Shown in pieces: positions 18,657 to 30,084 of a stretch of 64,000 nucleotides of DNA. This DNA comes from Candidatus Eiseniibacteriota bacterium. Lineage in GTDB: Bacteria > Eisenbacteria > RBG-16-71-46 > JABDJR01. Position 1 is the first letter of the stretch. Every line of letters starts with the position of its first letter. The notes under the pieces are model-generated. The model saw only the letters and a program-made list of their open reading frames with translations. It was not told where the DNA came from and made no database searches. The position numbers were made by a program, and so were the translations under genes. The stretch lies in assembly GCA_963762255.1 (NCBI GenBank), contig CAVXKA010000003.1, positions 608,001-672,000 of the forward strand, in the 5' to 3' direction.

Positions 18657-21600
18657 CTACCGTGCCACAGCCACCCGCTCCATTCGGCGGATCTTGCTCC
18701 CGTCATGCCCGTCGAGATCGAGCAAGAAGAGATACACCCCGTTGGCCACACGGTCGCCGGCCTCGTCGCGGAGGTCCCACACGAAGGCGTTCTGGCCGAC
18801 CGAGGTGGGCAGGTCATCCTGGCGCACGCGACGCCCGCTCACCGCGTATACGTTGAGCCGCGCCCGCCTCACGCTCTGGTTGAGCGTGTAGTAGAGGGCG
18901 CCCTCCTTCCCCTCGCAGGGGTTGGGGTAGAAATACGTGCTGACGAGTCGCATCTCGCCGCCGGAGACGGCGAAGCAGCGTTCGAAGGAGGTCTCCCCTC
19001 CCGCTTCGTCCAGGATCCGAAGCTCGATGTCGTGCTGGCCGGTTCCCCACACCCGGTTTACCTCTACCGTCCACTGGCGCCGCGTCTCGTCCACCGGAGC
19101 CAGAACCGCGGTCATGACGGTGTCGTTCACCGACACCGCGAAGTTCCCCTCGCTCAGCGGAACCGGCGAGTCCACTTCGAAGCGGATCGTGGCCGCCAAG
19201 TCCACCACGCTGGAGCAGTCCCGCTCCAGCCGCTTGCCGTCGGCCAGAGCCACGACGCCCAGGCTGACCGGAAGCACGAATCGGGTTTCGCGCCCGGTCC
19301 AATCCCGCGCCACCACGGAAATGTCATAGCTGCCAAGCCGGAGCGTGGTCGCAAACGCCACCTGGTAGGACTGGGCCCCGTCGTCCCGGCTCCCCGGCCT
19401 GACGATGCTCACCCGATCGGAGGGCAACTCCGTCTCCCCGTCCAGCACCCGGATGGTGGAAACATCCACATCATCCGAGACGACTGCGGTGATGCGCAGG
19501 GTGTCCGAGAAGGAGGCGGCCAGGAGCGGGGTGCCGTCGGCCACCGTCTCGCCGTTCACGCTCACCTGGAACCCAGGCCCGGCGATATCCACTTGGAGCG
19601 CGGGATCGCCCAGGGTCACGTAGGTGCGGAACATCTCGCGCCAGTCGGGCGAGTTCTCGAGCGCGCAGGCCGCCCACGCCCGTGTCATGGCCTCGCCGAG
19701 GATGCGCCGGGGCCGGCCGGTGGCGGGATCGCGCGGCAGGTTCCAGAACAGGGCCCGCGAGGTGTACTTCTGAGCGTTCGGGGTGATGTGAAGCCACTCG
19801 TACCCCGTGGAGGCGATGGACGCGATGGCCCCCCGACGATTGCCGGCCAGGAGCAGAGCCTCGCCCATCCCATCCCCGAAGGTCTTCTCCTTGGCATGCT
19901 CGAATTCGTTCAGGTGGCACGCGTAGCCGAAAAAGATGAAGGGTTTTCCAATGTTGTTGATCTTGTCGAAGTCGCGCGTGGTCAGCTTCGGGTAGTGCTC
20001 GAACAGCGCCTCGGTTGTCATCTGGTTCTTGTTGGCGTGGCCGTGGTACTCCCAGACCAACGCGCCCCGGCTCAACTCCTGGAGCATCACGGGCGTCACC
20101 TTGGCGCGGGTGTACTCCCTCGTGTTGCCGGCGCCCGAGAGCAGCGGGCAGTCCGAGGGGTTGCCGGGGTGGCGATTGAGCGCGGCCACCGTGTCGAGAT
20201 AGGCGGCCAACGGCAGGAGCACACCGTCGAAGTCCGGGAGCCTCCCCAGCACGCGGATGGAATCGATCACGGCCTCGCTCATGCGCCGGAAATTGACTTC
20301 ATCGACCTTGAAGCAATAGTCGGCGTTCGGGTAGATGCTCGTCGAGTACTGGTCGTCGGCCAGGAAGAAGGCTCGGTTCCGCCACGTGTCCTCGGGCTTC
20401 CAGTCCTCGTAGGCGACGATCTTGTCGATGACGGTGCTCGCCTCCTCGACGCTTCCCACCGGCAGGCGGCCGATGTGCATCTCGGGGAACACGTCCAGGG
20501 CGTTGTCGGTGGGGCGCAGCGCGCCCACGAACCAGTTGTCGGTTCCGGCCAGTTCCTTCCCCTCCGGCCCCGGCACGTAGGCGAAGTGCATCATGGTCGG
20601 GACGAAGTCCGGATCGGATGTGGGATGGTTGAAGTCGTCGACCGCGGTGGAGCGATAATCCTCGCTGGCATCACCACCCATGAGCACGTAGGTCGGGGCG
20701 GGGCTCCAGGTGCGGAACGCCTGGGCCAGAAAGCGCTGGATGGCCCACGGGGTCTTGTCTCCACCCGCGAACTGGTCGTAGATCTCCACGACGTCGCAAA
20801 CGAAGACCCGGTGCCCCTGGGCTTCGCGATGGGCCACGAGCGGGCCCCACGCGTCCTTGAACGAAGGATGCGTGATGAGGATGTAGTCGCTCCCGTTTCC
20901 TTCGGCCAGGAGATCGCGGGGGAGGCCCGAGCGCGATGGTCTGTGCACCGAGATCCGCGCCCGGCACCCGTGTCGTCGCCGGAAGTCCGCTCAACGACGC
21001 GGGCACGAAGGCCACGAAGCTCTTGCGCGTTCCACCCACCGAGGCGCGGATCCTTGCCGTGTACGCGCCACCCTCCGCCGTCACCTGCGCCCGCATGCGG
21101 ACCGGAGTGGCCGGATCGGTGATCTCCACTACCACGACGTCCTGCGAGGTAAACCCGGTGACCGCGAACTCCAGAAGCCCGGTCCGGTCACCGGAGTTGA
21201 ACACCAACTGGTTCCCCCGCGCCTTGGTCAGGCGGTCGTAGGTGAGATCGAACCAGTCGAACGCGGCCCCGGTGCTGTTGGTGATGGAACTGGTGCGTCC
21301 GGTGATGAATACGGTGTTGGTGCCCAGGCTGAGACAGCCCGCACTCGCGCGCGATCCGCTCCGGAAATCGAGGCCGTTCTGGCCTTCGAAAGCGCCGTCG
21401 GTGAGGAGCTGGCAACTGTTGACCTTCAGCGACACCAGGTGGTTGTTGTAGGCGAGGGTCGAGAAGAGCCCTTGCCAGAGCGCGCGGACGTTGAAGCTGC
21501 CTTGCGGGTCGAAGTCGTAGGTGTAGACCCGGGTGTACTCGTTGACCTTGCTGGGACCCAACCAGTAGAAGGAGGACGTGATGGGGAGTAGCCCGGAGCC

Positions 21601-22806
21601 CGTGTCGGGGGGGTTGTTGATGTAGTAGAGGTCCTCTTCGTAGTGGTCGCTCTGGGGGAACGAGGTGACCGGGCTGTAGCCGTCGCCGGCGGGGTACCCG
21701 TCGACCTCGGAGAACTCGCGCCCCCCCTCGGCGGACGCGGTCAACCAATAGGTGTGGAAGTACGAGTAGCGCTCGTCGTAGAAGAGGTCGTTGCTGTACC
21801 GGTCGCGGTAATTGAACCCGTAGAAGACGACGAAGTCGCCCTCGTCAAACTCCCCGTTGCTGTTGGTGTCCTCGACGATCCGCGGCAGGTTCGCCACCGT
21901 GAAGGGATCGGCCTTGGTCTTGTCGAAGCCGCGTTCCTCCACGCGAACCTGCGCTACCGGGACCGAGGCCGGGAATCCTCCGGCGGCAAGCTGCGCGTAC
22001 GAGAGACGGGCGAGGCCCGTGGTCCCGAATCGCACGCGCACGTAGGGTTGGCCGGGGGTGATCGTCGAGGCCGCCGCAACGGGGGCGGCGCGCATGCGGA
22101 AGGACCGCGCCGAGGCCCCGTTCACGATCACGCCGTCGATGAGCTCATCCCATCCGGGTGCGTCCGGGCCGGCGGGCATGAGGGCGATCCCCTTGGGCGC
22201 GCGCGCATCCCGCACGAACTCGACGTCCACCTCGATCACGCGGGCCACTCGATACTCGCCGGTCGCCGGCGCAGCCTGCACCGGGCTGATCAGGATCGAC
22301 TGCACCCGCTGATACCGCCAGCCGGCGGTCGGGCCGAGCGTGGCGATCTCGGCGGGCGCCCACGCAGAGGACGCATAGGCACCGGGAGCGGGATCGTAAC
22401 GGTCGTCCTGTTGGGGAAAGGGGTCCCCAGGGACGAATCGGCGGGTCGGGACGGGGATGGGAGCGATGCCGGAAAACGTCTGCGACTCAACCACGCGGAC
22501 CTGCAGGACAGCGGTGGCGTCTTCGGGGAGACCGAAGGGGAACCCCCGGCGCGGGAGGTCGGGCAGCCCGGCGTCCTCGCTCCCTCCCTGATCGAAGCCG
22601 GGCAGGGTGACTCGGAGATACGACCCGCCTTCGGGGAGGTCTACGACATCCTGCTGAACCTCAGGAATCTCGATGCGCAGCGAGAACCCGTCGGGCCCTT
22701 GCCGGAGCACCTTGGCCACGGGGCCGGTCGCCGAGGCGGCCGGAGACACGAGGAGTAGAGACACGAGCGCCGCGACTGCGAGGGACGGGGTAATAGCCAG
22801 ACGCAT
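18657..22806 (-). CDS. Secreted C25 (gingipain/PorU-like) cysteine peptidase with propeptide and C-terminal FlgD-Ig/T9SS-like domain; +1 frameshift near 20925
   Basis: Signal peptide MRLAITPSLAV; propeptide-like GLPDLPRRG; second ORF DYILITH, IYDQFAGG, YVLMGGDAS, IGRLPV, YHGHA (catalytic His), YACHLNEFE (catalytic Cys), LGDPA; C-terminus FYPNP..VYAVSGRRVR..WDLRDEAGDRVANGVYL. Confidence 0.85.
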
Positions 22807-23004
22807 CCGTGGGACTCCCCTTCTGGGTTGGGCCGCGACCCGGGGCGCGAGGGACGCCGGGTACGAGGCTGTACGGGAGCGCGGGCTGGCCCTCCCGGAC
22901 GACCCCTGGCCGAAAGTCTGAAAGTGTACACCCCCGTCCATGCAGAGGGTTCCCGCCCCGGACCGGGTCCGACGGCTGCGATCCGCCGCTCGCGCCGCGA
23001 TTCC

Positions 23005-23033
23005 TTGACCCTCTCCGGCCCGCTTGCTAGCGT
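23005..23033 (+). promoter_or_regulatory. Putative sigma-70 promoter for the UbiA gene
   Basis: TTGACC-17 nt-TAGCGT. Confidence 0.5.
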
Positions 23034-23063
23034 CTACCGGCTTTCGAAAGAGACGATCAACGC

Positions 23064-23990
23064 ATGGACGACACCGCACCCCCGCTCTCCCCCCGGCACC
23101 GCTTGGGCCTGTATTGGGAACTCGCCCGCCCGTTCACCTTGCTCGCGCCTGCCCTCGGCATGCTTTCCGGCGGCGTGGCTGCGTTGGGTGCCGAGCCTCC
23201 ATGGCCGCACACGCGCACCGTGTTCCTGGACCTGGCGCTGGGCACGCTCATGGCGGCGGTCCTGAACGCGGCCTCGAACACGCTCAACCAGATCACCGAC
23301 CTCGACGTGGATCGCGTAAACAAGCCGAAGCGGCCGATCCCCAGCGGTCGGGTGTCCATCGCGGAAGCGTGGTGGATCACCGCGGTGCTCGCCCTGTTCG
23401 CTCTGGTGCTGGCCTGGCTGGTGGGATTTCAGTGCCTGGTGCTGGCATCGGCGGCCGCGGTGCTCACCACGCTCTATTCGGTGCCGCCCATCCGTACCAA
23501 GGCGCGGGGGATCTGGGCGAACGTCACCATCGCGATCCCGCGAGGCACGCTGCTCAAGGTGGCGGGCTGGTCCTGCGTACGCACGGTGATCGCGGTGGAG
23601 CCGTGGTTCATCGGGCTCATCTTCGGCCTCTTCCTCCTGGGCGCGAGTTCGACCAAGGACTTCGCCGATATCGAAGGGGACCGCGCGGGAAACTGTCGCA
23701 CGCTCCCGATCATCTACGGAGTGCGCAAGGCGGCATGGATGATCGCCCCGTTCTTCGTGTTCCCCTTTCTTCTCATTCCCGTGGGCTCGATGGCCGGTAT
23801 CCTCACCGGCAATGCGGTCGCCCTTCGGGTGCTGGGGGTCGGGCTCGCCGCTTGGGGCGGGTACGTCGTCTACCTCATCCTGCGCGACCCGGATGCGCTG
23901 GCCGCCACCGAGAACCATCCGTCGTGGACGCAGATGTACCTCATGATGATGGCCGCACAGGTCGGGTTCGCTCTGTCCTACCTGCTCTAG
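23064..23990 (+). CDS. UbiA-family prenyltransferase
   Basis: ARPFTL, NQITDLDVDRVNKPKRPIPSGRV, YSVPPIRTK, KDFADIEGDR; polytopic membrane protein. Confidence 0.9.
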   Translation: MDDTAPPLSPRHRLGLYWELARPFTLLAPALGMLSGGVAALGAEPPWPHTRTVFLDLALGTLMAAVLNAASNTLNQITDLDVDRVNKPKRPIPSGRVSIAEAWWITAVLALFALVLAWLVGFQCLVLASAAAVLTTLYSVPPIRTKARGIWANVTIAIPRGTLLKVAGWSCVRTVIAVEPWFIGLIFGLFLLGASSTKDFADIEGDRAGNCRTLPIIYGVRKAAWMIAPFFVFPFLLIPVGSMAGILTGNAVALRVLGVGLAAWGGYVVYLILRDPDALAATENHPSWTQMYLMMMAAQVGFALSYLL

Positions 23991-24006
23991 CCACCGGAGA
24001 GATGCT

Positions 24007-24774
24007 TTGAACTATCGCAACAGGTCACCGAGGGCGCGATCGCGGCGCGGCGGCGCGTGGCGCACCGCGCTCCTGCTCGCAGCGGGTGCCGCGGCCACCA
24101 CCGCGATCGGGTTCGCGCTGGGGTGGGCGTGGCTCTTGCCCTTCCTGGGAGCGGCCGTTCCCTACCCCCTCTTCCTGCGGCGGGTGGCACGCAAGCGCTA
24201 CGCGGCGGCGGTGGGCTGGGTGCTCCTGTGGGCGCTCTTCCAGAGCGTCGCGGTAAGCCTCGCGGTGGCGTGGGTGCCCGAGCGCGCCGCGGAAGTCGTA
24301 CACAGCGGCCCGAAGTACTCCGCAGAAATGCTCAACTGGGTGCGCACCGGCGAAGGAGCGGAAGGACCCCCTCGGCTCTTTCTTCCCATCCATCTGCGAC
24401 ACTACGTGGGGCTGTGTGCGCTCTCGGTCGTGACCGCAGGCTCGGCCGCGCTCGTGCTCGGCACATGGCTCCTCAACTACATGAGCTACTACGTGACCGA
24501 TCTCGTGCGGGCCAGCGCCCACCCGATCACCGCGACCCTGCTCGGCTGGCCGGTGTGGTCGATCATCCGGGTGGCGGGCTTCGTGGTGACGGGGGCGGCA
24601 CTGACCGGGTTCAGCCTCTCCCTCTACAACCGTCTGCGCAAAAGAACGCGGGCGGTGAGATTTCCCGCCCGCGTCTTCCTGATCGGTCTGGCTCTGGTCG
24701 TGCTCGACGCCGCCCTCAAGGCCGCACTCGCGCCCCTCTGGCAGCGCACCCTGCTCCGGGCGCTCGGGGAGTAG
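24007..24774 (+). CDS. Hypothetical polytopic membrane protein
   Basis: About 6 hydrophobic helices; directly downstream of and co-oriented with UbiA. Confidence 0.7.
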   Translation: MNYRNRSPRARSRRGGAWRTALLLAAGAAATTAIGFALGWAWLLPFLGAAVPYPLFLRRVARKRYAAAVGWVLLWALFQSVAVSLAVAWVPERAAEVVHSGPKYSAEMLNWVRTGEGAEGPPRLFLPIHLRHYVGLCALSVVTAGSAALVLGTWLLNYMSYYVTDLVRASAHPITATLLGWPVWSIIRVAGFVVTGAALTGFSLSLYNRLRKRTRAVRFPARVFLIGLALVVLDAALKAALAPLWQRTLLRALGE

Positions 24775-24807
24775 CCTGCCCCCGGGCGGCCGGCCGCTCG
24801 GGCGCCC

Positions 24808-26550
24808 CTACTTCGGGGTCCCGGGCGCGGCGTCCGCTTCCGTGGCGGGCGCGTTCTCGACCACGAGCTTGGCCAACGCTTTCTCGTTCACCTTGACCCG
24901 GAACTTCTTCTCCTGCTCCTTCAGAAAGTCGTTGAGCGCCTTGTCGCCGATCGAGGTCTTCGCGTCCTTGTCGACGCTCTCCTTGACTTCCTGATAGGCC
25001 GGAATCCGCTCGCCCTGGCGGGTCACGAGTTGCAGCACCATCGTCTGGTCGGCGCGCGTCATGGGCGCGCTCACCTCGCCATCCTTGAGCGGGGCGACCA
25101 ACTCGTCGATCACCGGATCGCGGCCCTGGTACACCCAAGGCGTCTCGCCCATCGCCTCCATCGTGGCGTCCTTGGGGCCGTACTTCTTCTGGAGTTCACC
25201 GAAGGACTTGCCGCCCTTCCAATCGGCGGCGAGTCGCTCGATCAGCCCCTTGTCCTTGGACATGAAGTAGCTGACCTTGTAGGAAGGCGGGAACTTGTAG
25301 TTCTCGCGGTGGTCGGCGAACCAGGCTTCGATGTCCTCCTGAGTCGGGGTGACGTTCTTCATGATGTCGTTATAGTAGAAGTACGTGACCTTCATTTCCT
25401 TCTCGCGATTAGCGAGCCTCTTGACGAAGTTGGGATCCTTGGTGATACCGAGGTCCTGCGCCGCCTTGATGATCAGGTAGTCGCGCACCATCATGTCGAG
25501 CAGCTCATCGACTTCGCTTTCGGCCTGGCCGGTGGGCCATAGACCCGTGGCGTACCACTCGAGGCGCGACGCGAACTCTCTCATGTTCCAGTTGGGCGCG
25601 CCCTTGAACGCCACGACCTGGGTGGACTCCTCCTCCGCGGTCATCTCCGGTGTGGTCCGACTCGCATCGAGCCTGGCATAGGGGTTGCTGGCTTGCTCCG
25701 GCGGCGGCTCCCAGTAGTACTTGGTCATGATGAGGTTCTTGCCGGAGTCGATGTAGGTAGCGTCGACGGCGGCACGCAGCGAGTCGATGACCGCCATCTG
25801 ACGGTTCATGTACAGGTGCTGCATGACGTTATCACTGATCACACCGTACAGCTCTTCACGGGTCTGGAGAACCTCGGCCGGCCGCTCGTCCAGCACCCTT
25901 ACAATGTAGGTGCCGAGAGGAGTGACGCGGGGCCCCAGCGTGGTGCCGATCGGCGCTGCCCATACCTCCAGGTCGATGTCGTAGGGGAACGTGACGCCCG
26001 CCTTGATGAAGCCCAGATCTCCCGGTGCCCCGTCGCCCACCCACTGCATGGAGAAGTCCTTGGCCAGCGACCCGAAGTCTTCGCCATTGCGCAGACGCTC
26101 CATCACATGAGCGCCCTGCGTCGAATCCGGGAGAAGCATCGCCAGGACATGGCGCTCCCGCGAGAGATTGGCGAAGATCTTGTCCTTCATCTCCGTGGTG
26201 AGGTTGATCTGATCCCGCACCAGGCGCCGCCGGAACTCGGAGGTCGTTTCGGTGTCCTGGTAGCGCTTGAAGCGCCATCCCTGCTGCTCGGTAAGCTGGG
26301 GGTACTTCTCGAAAGCGGCCAGCTCCATGAGGTCCTTGTTGATCAGATCCTGCAGGAAGGCCCGCTTTCCCTCGGGGGTGGAGATGTCGGGCCGCTCCTC
26401 CGCCTTAATCGTGGTGTAGGCCTTCTGGAAATTCGAGGTCCGGATACTCCGGGAGCCCACCTTGGCGAGAACGGGGTCCTTCCCCCCGCCGCATCCTACC
26501 GTGACGGCGATCAACAAGGCCGCCACTCCCAAGACCAGCAAGCGCTTCAT
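24808..26550 (-). CDS. Lipoprotein peptidyl-prolyl isomerase (SurA/PrsA parvulin type, two PPIase domains)
   Basis: Lipobox TVGC; GEDFGSLAKDFS, GDLGF, LKDGEVSAP, KVNEKAL. Confidence 0.85.
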   Translation of the reverse strand: MKRLLVLGVAALLIAVTVGCGGGKDPVLAKVGSRSIRTSNFQKAYTTIKAEERPDISTPEGKRAFLQDLINKDLMELAAFEKYPQLTEQQGWRFKRYQDTETTSEFRRRLVRDQINLTTEMKDKIFANLSRERHVLAMLLPDSTQGAHVMERLRNGEDFGSLAKDFSMQWVGDGAPGDLGFIKAGVTFPYDIDLEVWAAPIGTTLGPRVTPLGTYIVRVLDERPAEVLQTREELYGVISDNVMQHLYMNRQMAVIDSLRAAVDATYIDSGKNLIMTKYYWEPPPEQASNPYARLDASRTTPEMTAEEESTQVVAFKGAPNWNMREFASRLEWYATGLWPTGQAESEVDELLDMMVRDYLIIKAAQDLGITKDPNFVKRLANREKEMKVTYFYYNDIMKNVTPTQEDIEAWFADHRENYKFPPSYKVSYFMSKDKGLIERLAADWKGGKSFGELQKKYGPKDATMEAMGETPWVYQGRDPVIDELVAPLKDGEVSAPMTRADQTMVLQLVTRQGERIPAYQEVKESVDKDAKTSIGDKALNDFLKEQEKKFRVKVNEKALAKLVVENAPATEADAAPGTPK

Positions 26551-26619
26551 CAGATGAACCTCCCTGAGGCGATGAAGGGGCGGCGCGACGGCCACCCCTC
26601 TTGTGAAAACAGCGAGGGA

Positions 26620-26713
26620 AGTGTACCCCACCGGGAACGGTGGCTCAAGGCGGAGGCAGGCGCGGGCCGCCCGGCCGGGATCGGTTGAACGCACCTGCCG
26701 GCGCTGCTATCCT
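26620..26713. promoter_or_regulatory. Back-to-back sigma-70 promoters
   Basis: Minus strand TTGAGC-17-TACACT (26648-26620); plus strand TTGAAC-17-TATCCT (26685-26713). Confidence 0.5.
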
Positions 26714-26782
26714 TTTGTGTTCCTTGCCGCTTCGGCTCTGTGACCGCCTTCCGGGAACGCCCGAAACGAGAGATACCGACCC

Positions 26783-29700
26783 GTGAATGCAGCCCATACC
26801 GCCTCGGCCCGACCCGCCACCCGATGGGGTCTCCGCCCGATCGAGGCCTTCATCCTCCTCCTGTTCTTCGTTTCCGGGGCAAGCGCTCTGATCTACGAAG
26901 TGGTCTGGACGCGCGACCTGACCACCGTGTTCGGAGGCTCGGCCTTCGCCATCGCCACCGTGCTCGCCGCGTACATGGCCGGCCTGGCGCTGGGGAGCAC
27001 GGTCTTCGGTAGGAGCATCGACCGCCGCGGGCATCCTCTGGTCGTCTACGGCGTCCTCGAAGCGGGGATCGCGGTGTGGGCGATCCTCCTGCCGACGCTG
27101 CTCGCCCTGCTCGACCACGTCTACGCAGGACTCTATCGATCCGTCTCCCCCGGCTTCTACGGCCTGAGCCTCATCCGCTTCGCGCTCTCGTTCGTGCTTC
27201 TCCTCGTCCCCACCACGCTCATGGGAGGCACGCTCCCCGTCCTCGGGAAGCTCCTCTTCACCAACTGGAAGGGACTCGGAACCCGCGCCGGACTGCTCTA
27301 CGCCGCCAACACGCTGGGAGCGGTGCTCGGCACCGCCGTGGGCGGGTTTCTGTTGATGCCGGCGATGGGGCTGCGCGGCGCCACCTGGCTCGCGGTGGTC
27401 CTCAACTTGGCGGTCGCCCTCGCCGCGATCCTGGCTTCGCGACGCTTCCGCTATGACCTGCCGTCCGCAGCGGCAGCACCGGCCGCGACGGACGCCGGGT
27501 CGGGCCCCGCCGAGGCGCCGGCGCGGCGCGAGGAAGCGTCGTCCGCCAAACTCCGCCGCGCGGTGCTGATCGTGTACGCCGCGAGCGGATTCGCCGCGCT
27601 CGCCTACGAGGTCGCATGGACCAAGACGCTGTCCATGATCCTCGGCACGACGAACTACGCCTTCACTTCCATGCTGACCACGTTCCTCCTCGGGCTGGCG
27701 GTGGGCAGCCTCATCTTCGCCCGTCTCGCCGACCGTTACGGGCGCCCGGAGGCGCTGCTCGCCCTCGTCCAGATGGGCATCACGTTCTTCGCGCTCCTCA
27801 CCATCCCGCTCCTGGAAGCCCTTCCCCAACTTTTCGTCAACGCGTTCCCGCATCTCGACGGATCGTGGACGCGGATCGAACTCTATCGAATCTTCCTGGC
27901 GGCGATGACCATGTTCCTTCCCACCGTGCTCATGGGCGGAACCTTCCCGCTGGTCATCCGCGCCTACGTGGACCGCCGCGAGACGGGCAAGAGCTTGGGT
28001 TCGCTCTACGCGGCCAACACGATCGGAGCGATCTTCGGCTCCTTCCTCACCGGTTTCGTGCTGGTGCCGTGGATCGGAAGACAGAACGCCATCCTGGCCG
28101 CTTCTTTCGTGAACGTCGCCGCGGCGGTCGTGCTGCTCGTTGCGCTGCGGGGGCGCTCCGCCCCGGGCCGGATGCGACTGGCCATCGCTGTCATGGCGCT
28201 CCTCTTGGTGCCGGCCTGGCTCTGGGGCTTCAAGCGCTGGGATCCGCGCATCATGGCCTCCGGGGCCTACGTCTACGCCCGCGAGTACGCGGCGGAAGGT
28301 TCCATCAAGGACGTGATGGACGAGCAGGCGCTCCTCTACTACAAGGAGAGCACCGAGGGAACGGTCTCGGTGTGGCAGGCGCAGCAGGTGATGTCGCTGC
28401 GCACAAGCGGCAAGGTGGAAGCCTCCTCGCATGGGGACATGATCACCCAGAAGCTCATCTCCCACCTCCCCGTGTTCTATCAGCAAGACGATCCCGAGAA
28501 TGCGCTCATGATCGGGTTGGCCAGCGGGATCTCGACGGGTTCCCTGCTCGTCCATCCTTTCGAGCGGGTGGAGACGGTGGAGTTGATCCCGAGCATGGCC
28601 GAGGCCGCTCGGTACTTCGACGAATTCAACCATCGCTGCATGTTGGACCCGCGGCACGAACTCGTCATCAACGACGGGCGCAATCACCTGCTCCTGACCT
28701 CGGAACGCTACGACGTGATCGTGAGCGAGCCATCCAACCCCTGGATCGCGGGGGTGGGAGCGCTCTTCACCCGCGAGTTCTTCGAGCTGACCAAGGCACG
28801 GCTCAAGCCCGGAGGGGTGGTCTGCCAATGGGTCCAGACTTACCAGTACCGCGCGGAGGATCTGAAGACGGTATTGGCCACCTTCGCCGACGCCTACCCC
28901 TACCTGCACCTGTGGCAAGGGGCGCCGGGCGATCTCATCCTTGTGGGAAGCAACGATCCGTTGCGCTTCAATCTGCGGCGGCTCCGCGAGGCGCTGAACA
29001 CCCCCGCCGGTGAGGATCTGGCGCAGTTGGAGATACTCCCCGAGGCACAGCTCCTCGCCTATTTTGTCACCGACCGCGACGGAATTCTATCCTATACCGG
29101 CGATTGGAAGCGCCGCGTCACCGACGACAACCTCTACCTCGAGTACACGGTCCCCCGCCACATGCTGGAGACCACCGGGCGCGTGAGCGTTCTCGATCTG
29201 GAGGCCTTCACGCTCCGGCCGGCCGCGCTTCTGGGGAGCGACGCCGACTCCACGTTGATCGCCGACATCAACGTGTTCCGCCGCGCCCACGCCCTGGCCC
29301 TGCGCGTGCACTTGGGGGCGACGCTCCCCCGAGGACCCCGAAACGCCGACGAGGCACTCGACCTCGCGCTTCAGATCGCCCCGCAGGAGAACCTGGCGCG
29401 CCGCATTCGCTCGCGCTCGCTCAATGAGGCGGCGATCCAATCGCTTCTGGTCGAAGACTACGCGACCGCCCGCCCCCTCTTGGAGCGGGCGGCGGCGATC
29501 GGGGACCGCGCCGAACGCGGGCTCGCGCTGAACAACCTGGGCACGATTGCCTTCCGGGCCGGAGAGACGGACACCGCGCGCGCCTACTGGGAAACTGCCG
29601 CGCGGCTGGAGCCCAACTTTCCGGACGTGAACTACAACCTCGCCAACCTCGCCGCCCAGGAGAGGCGCTACGCGGACGCAATCGATCTCTTCCGGCGAGT

Positions 29701-30069
29701 GACGCCGCTCCAACCGCGGAACGCCCCGGCCTTCAACAACCTCGCTTACTTCGCCGCGATCGGGGGGGGGATCTTGTCGAAGCCGAGCGCGCCGCGCGCC
29801 GCGCGGTGGAACTCGCGCCCGACCCCAATTACCTCGACACGCTGGGCTATGTGCTCATTCGGCGTGAAATGTGGGGTGAAGCGGAGCGGACCCTATCCAA
29901 GGCTCGCGACGGATCCCCCGCTTCCATGGAGATCCTCCTTCACCTCGGCATGGCCCAGGCGGGTGGCGGACATATCGCTGCGGCGCGCGGCTCGTTCGAG
30001 CAAGTGGCTCGCGACACGCAGGATCCCGACCTCGCGCGGCAGGCTCGCGAGGAACTGGCCAAACTCTGA
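26783..30069 (+). CDS. Fused MFS-like/spermidine synthase protein with C-terminal TPRs; frameshift in G9 tract at 29762-29770
   Basis: SGASALIYEVVWTR, PTTLMGGTLP, LYAANTLG (twice), IGLASGIS, DGRNHL, YDVIVSEPSNPW; TPRs continue in ORF 29806..30069 (PNYLDTLGYV). Confidence 0.85.
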
Positions 30070-30084
30070 ACGGAGCGCACGCTC

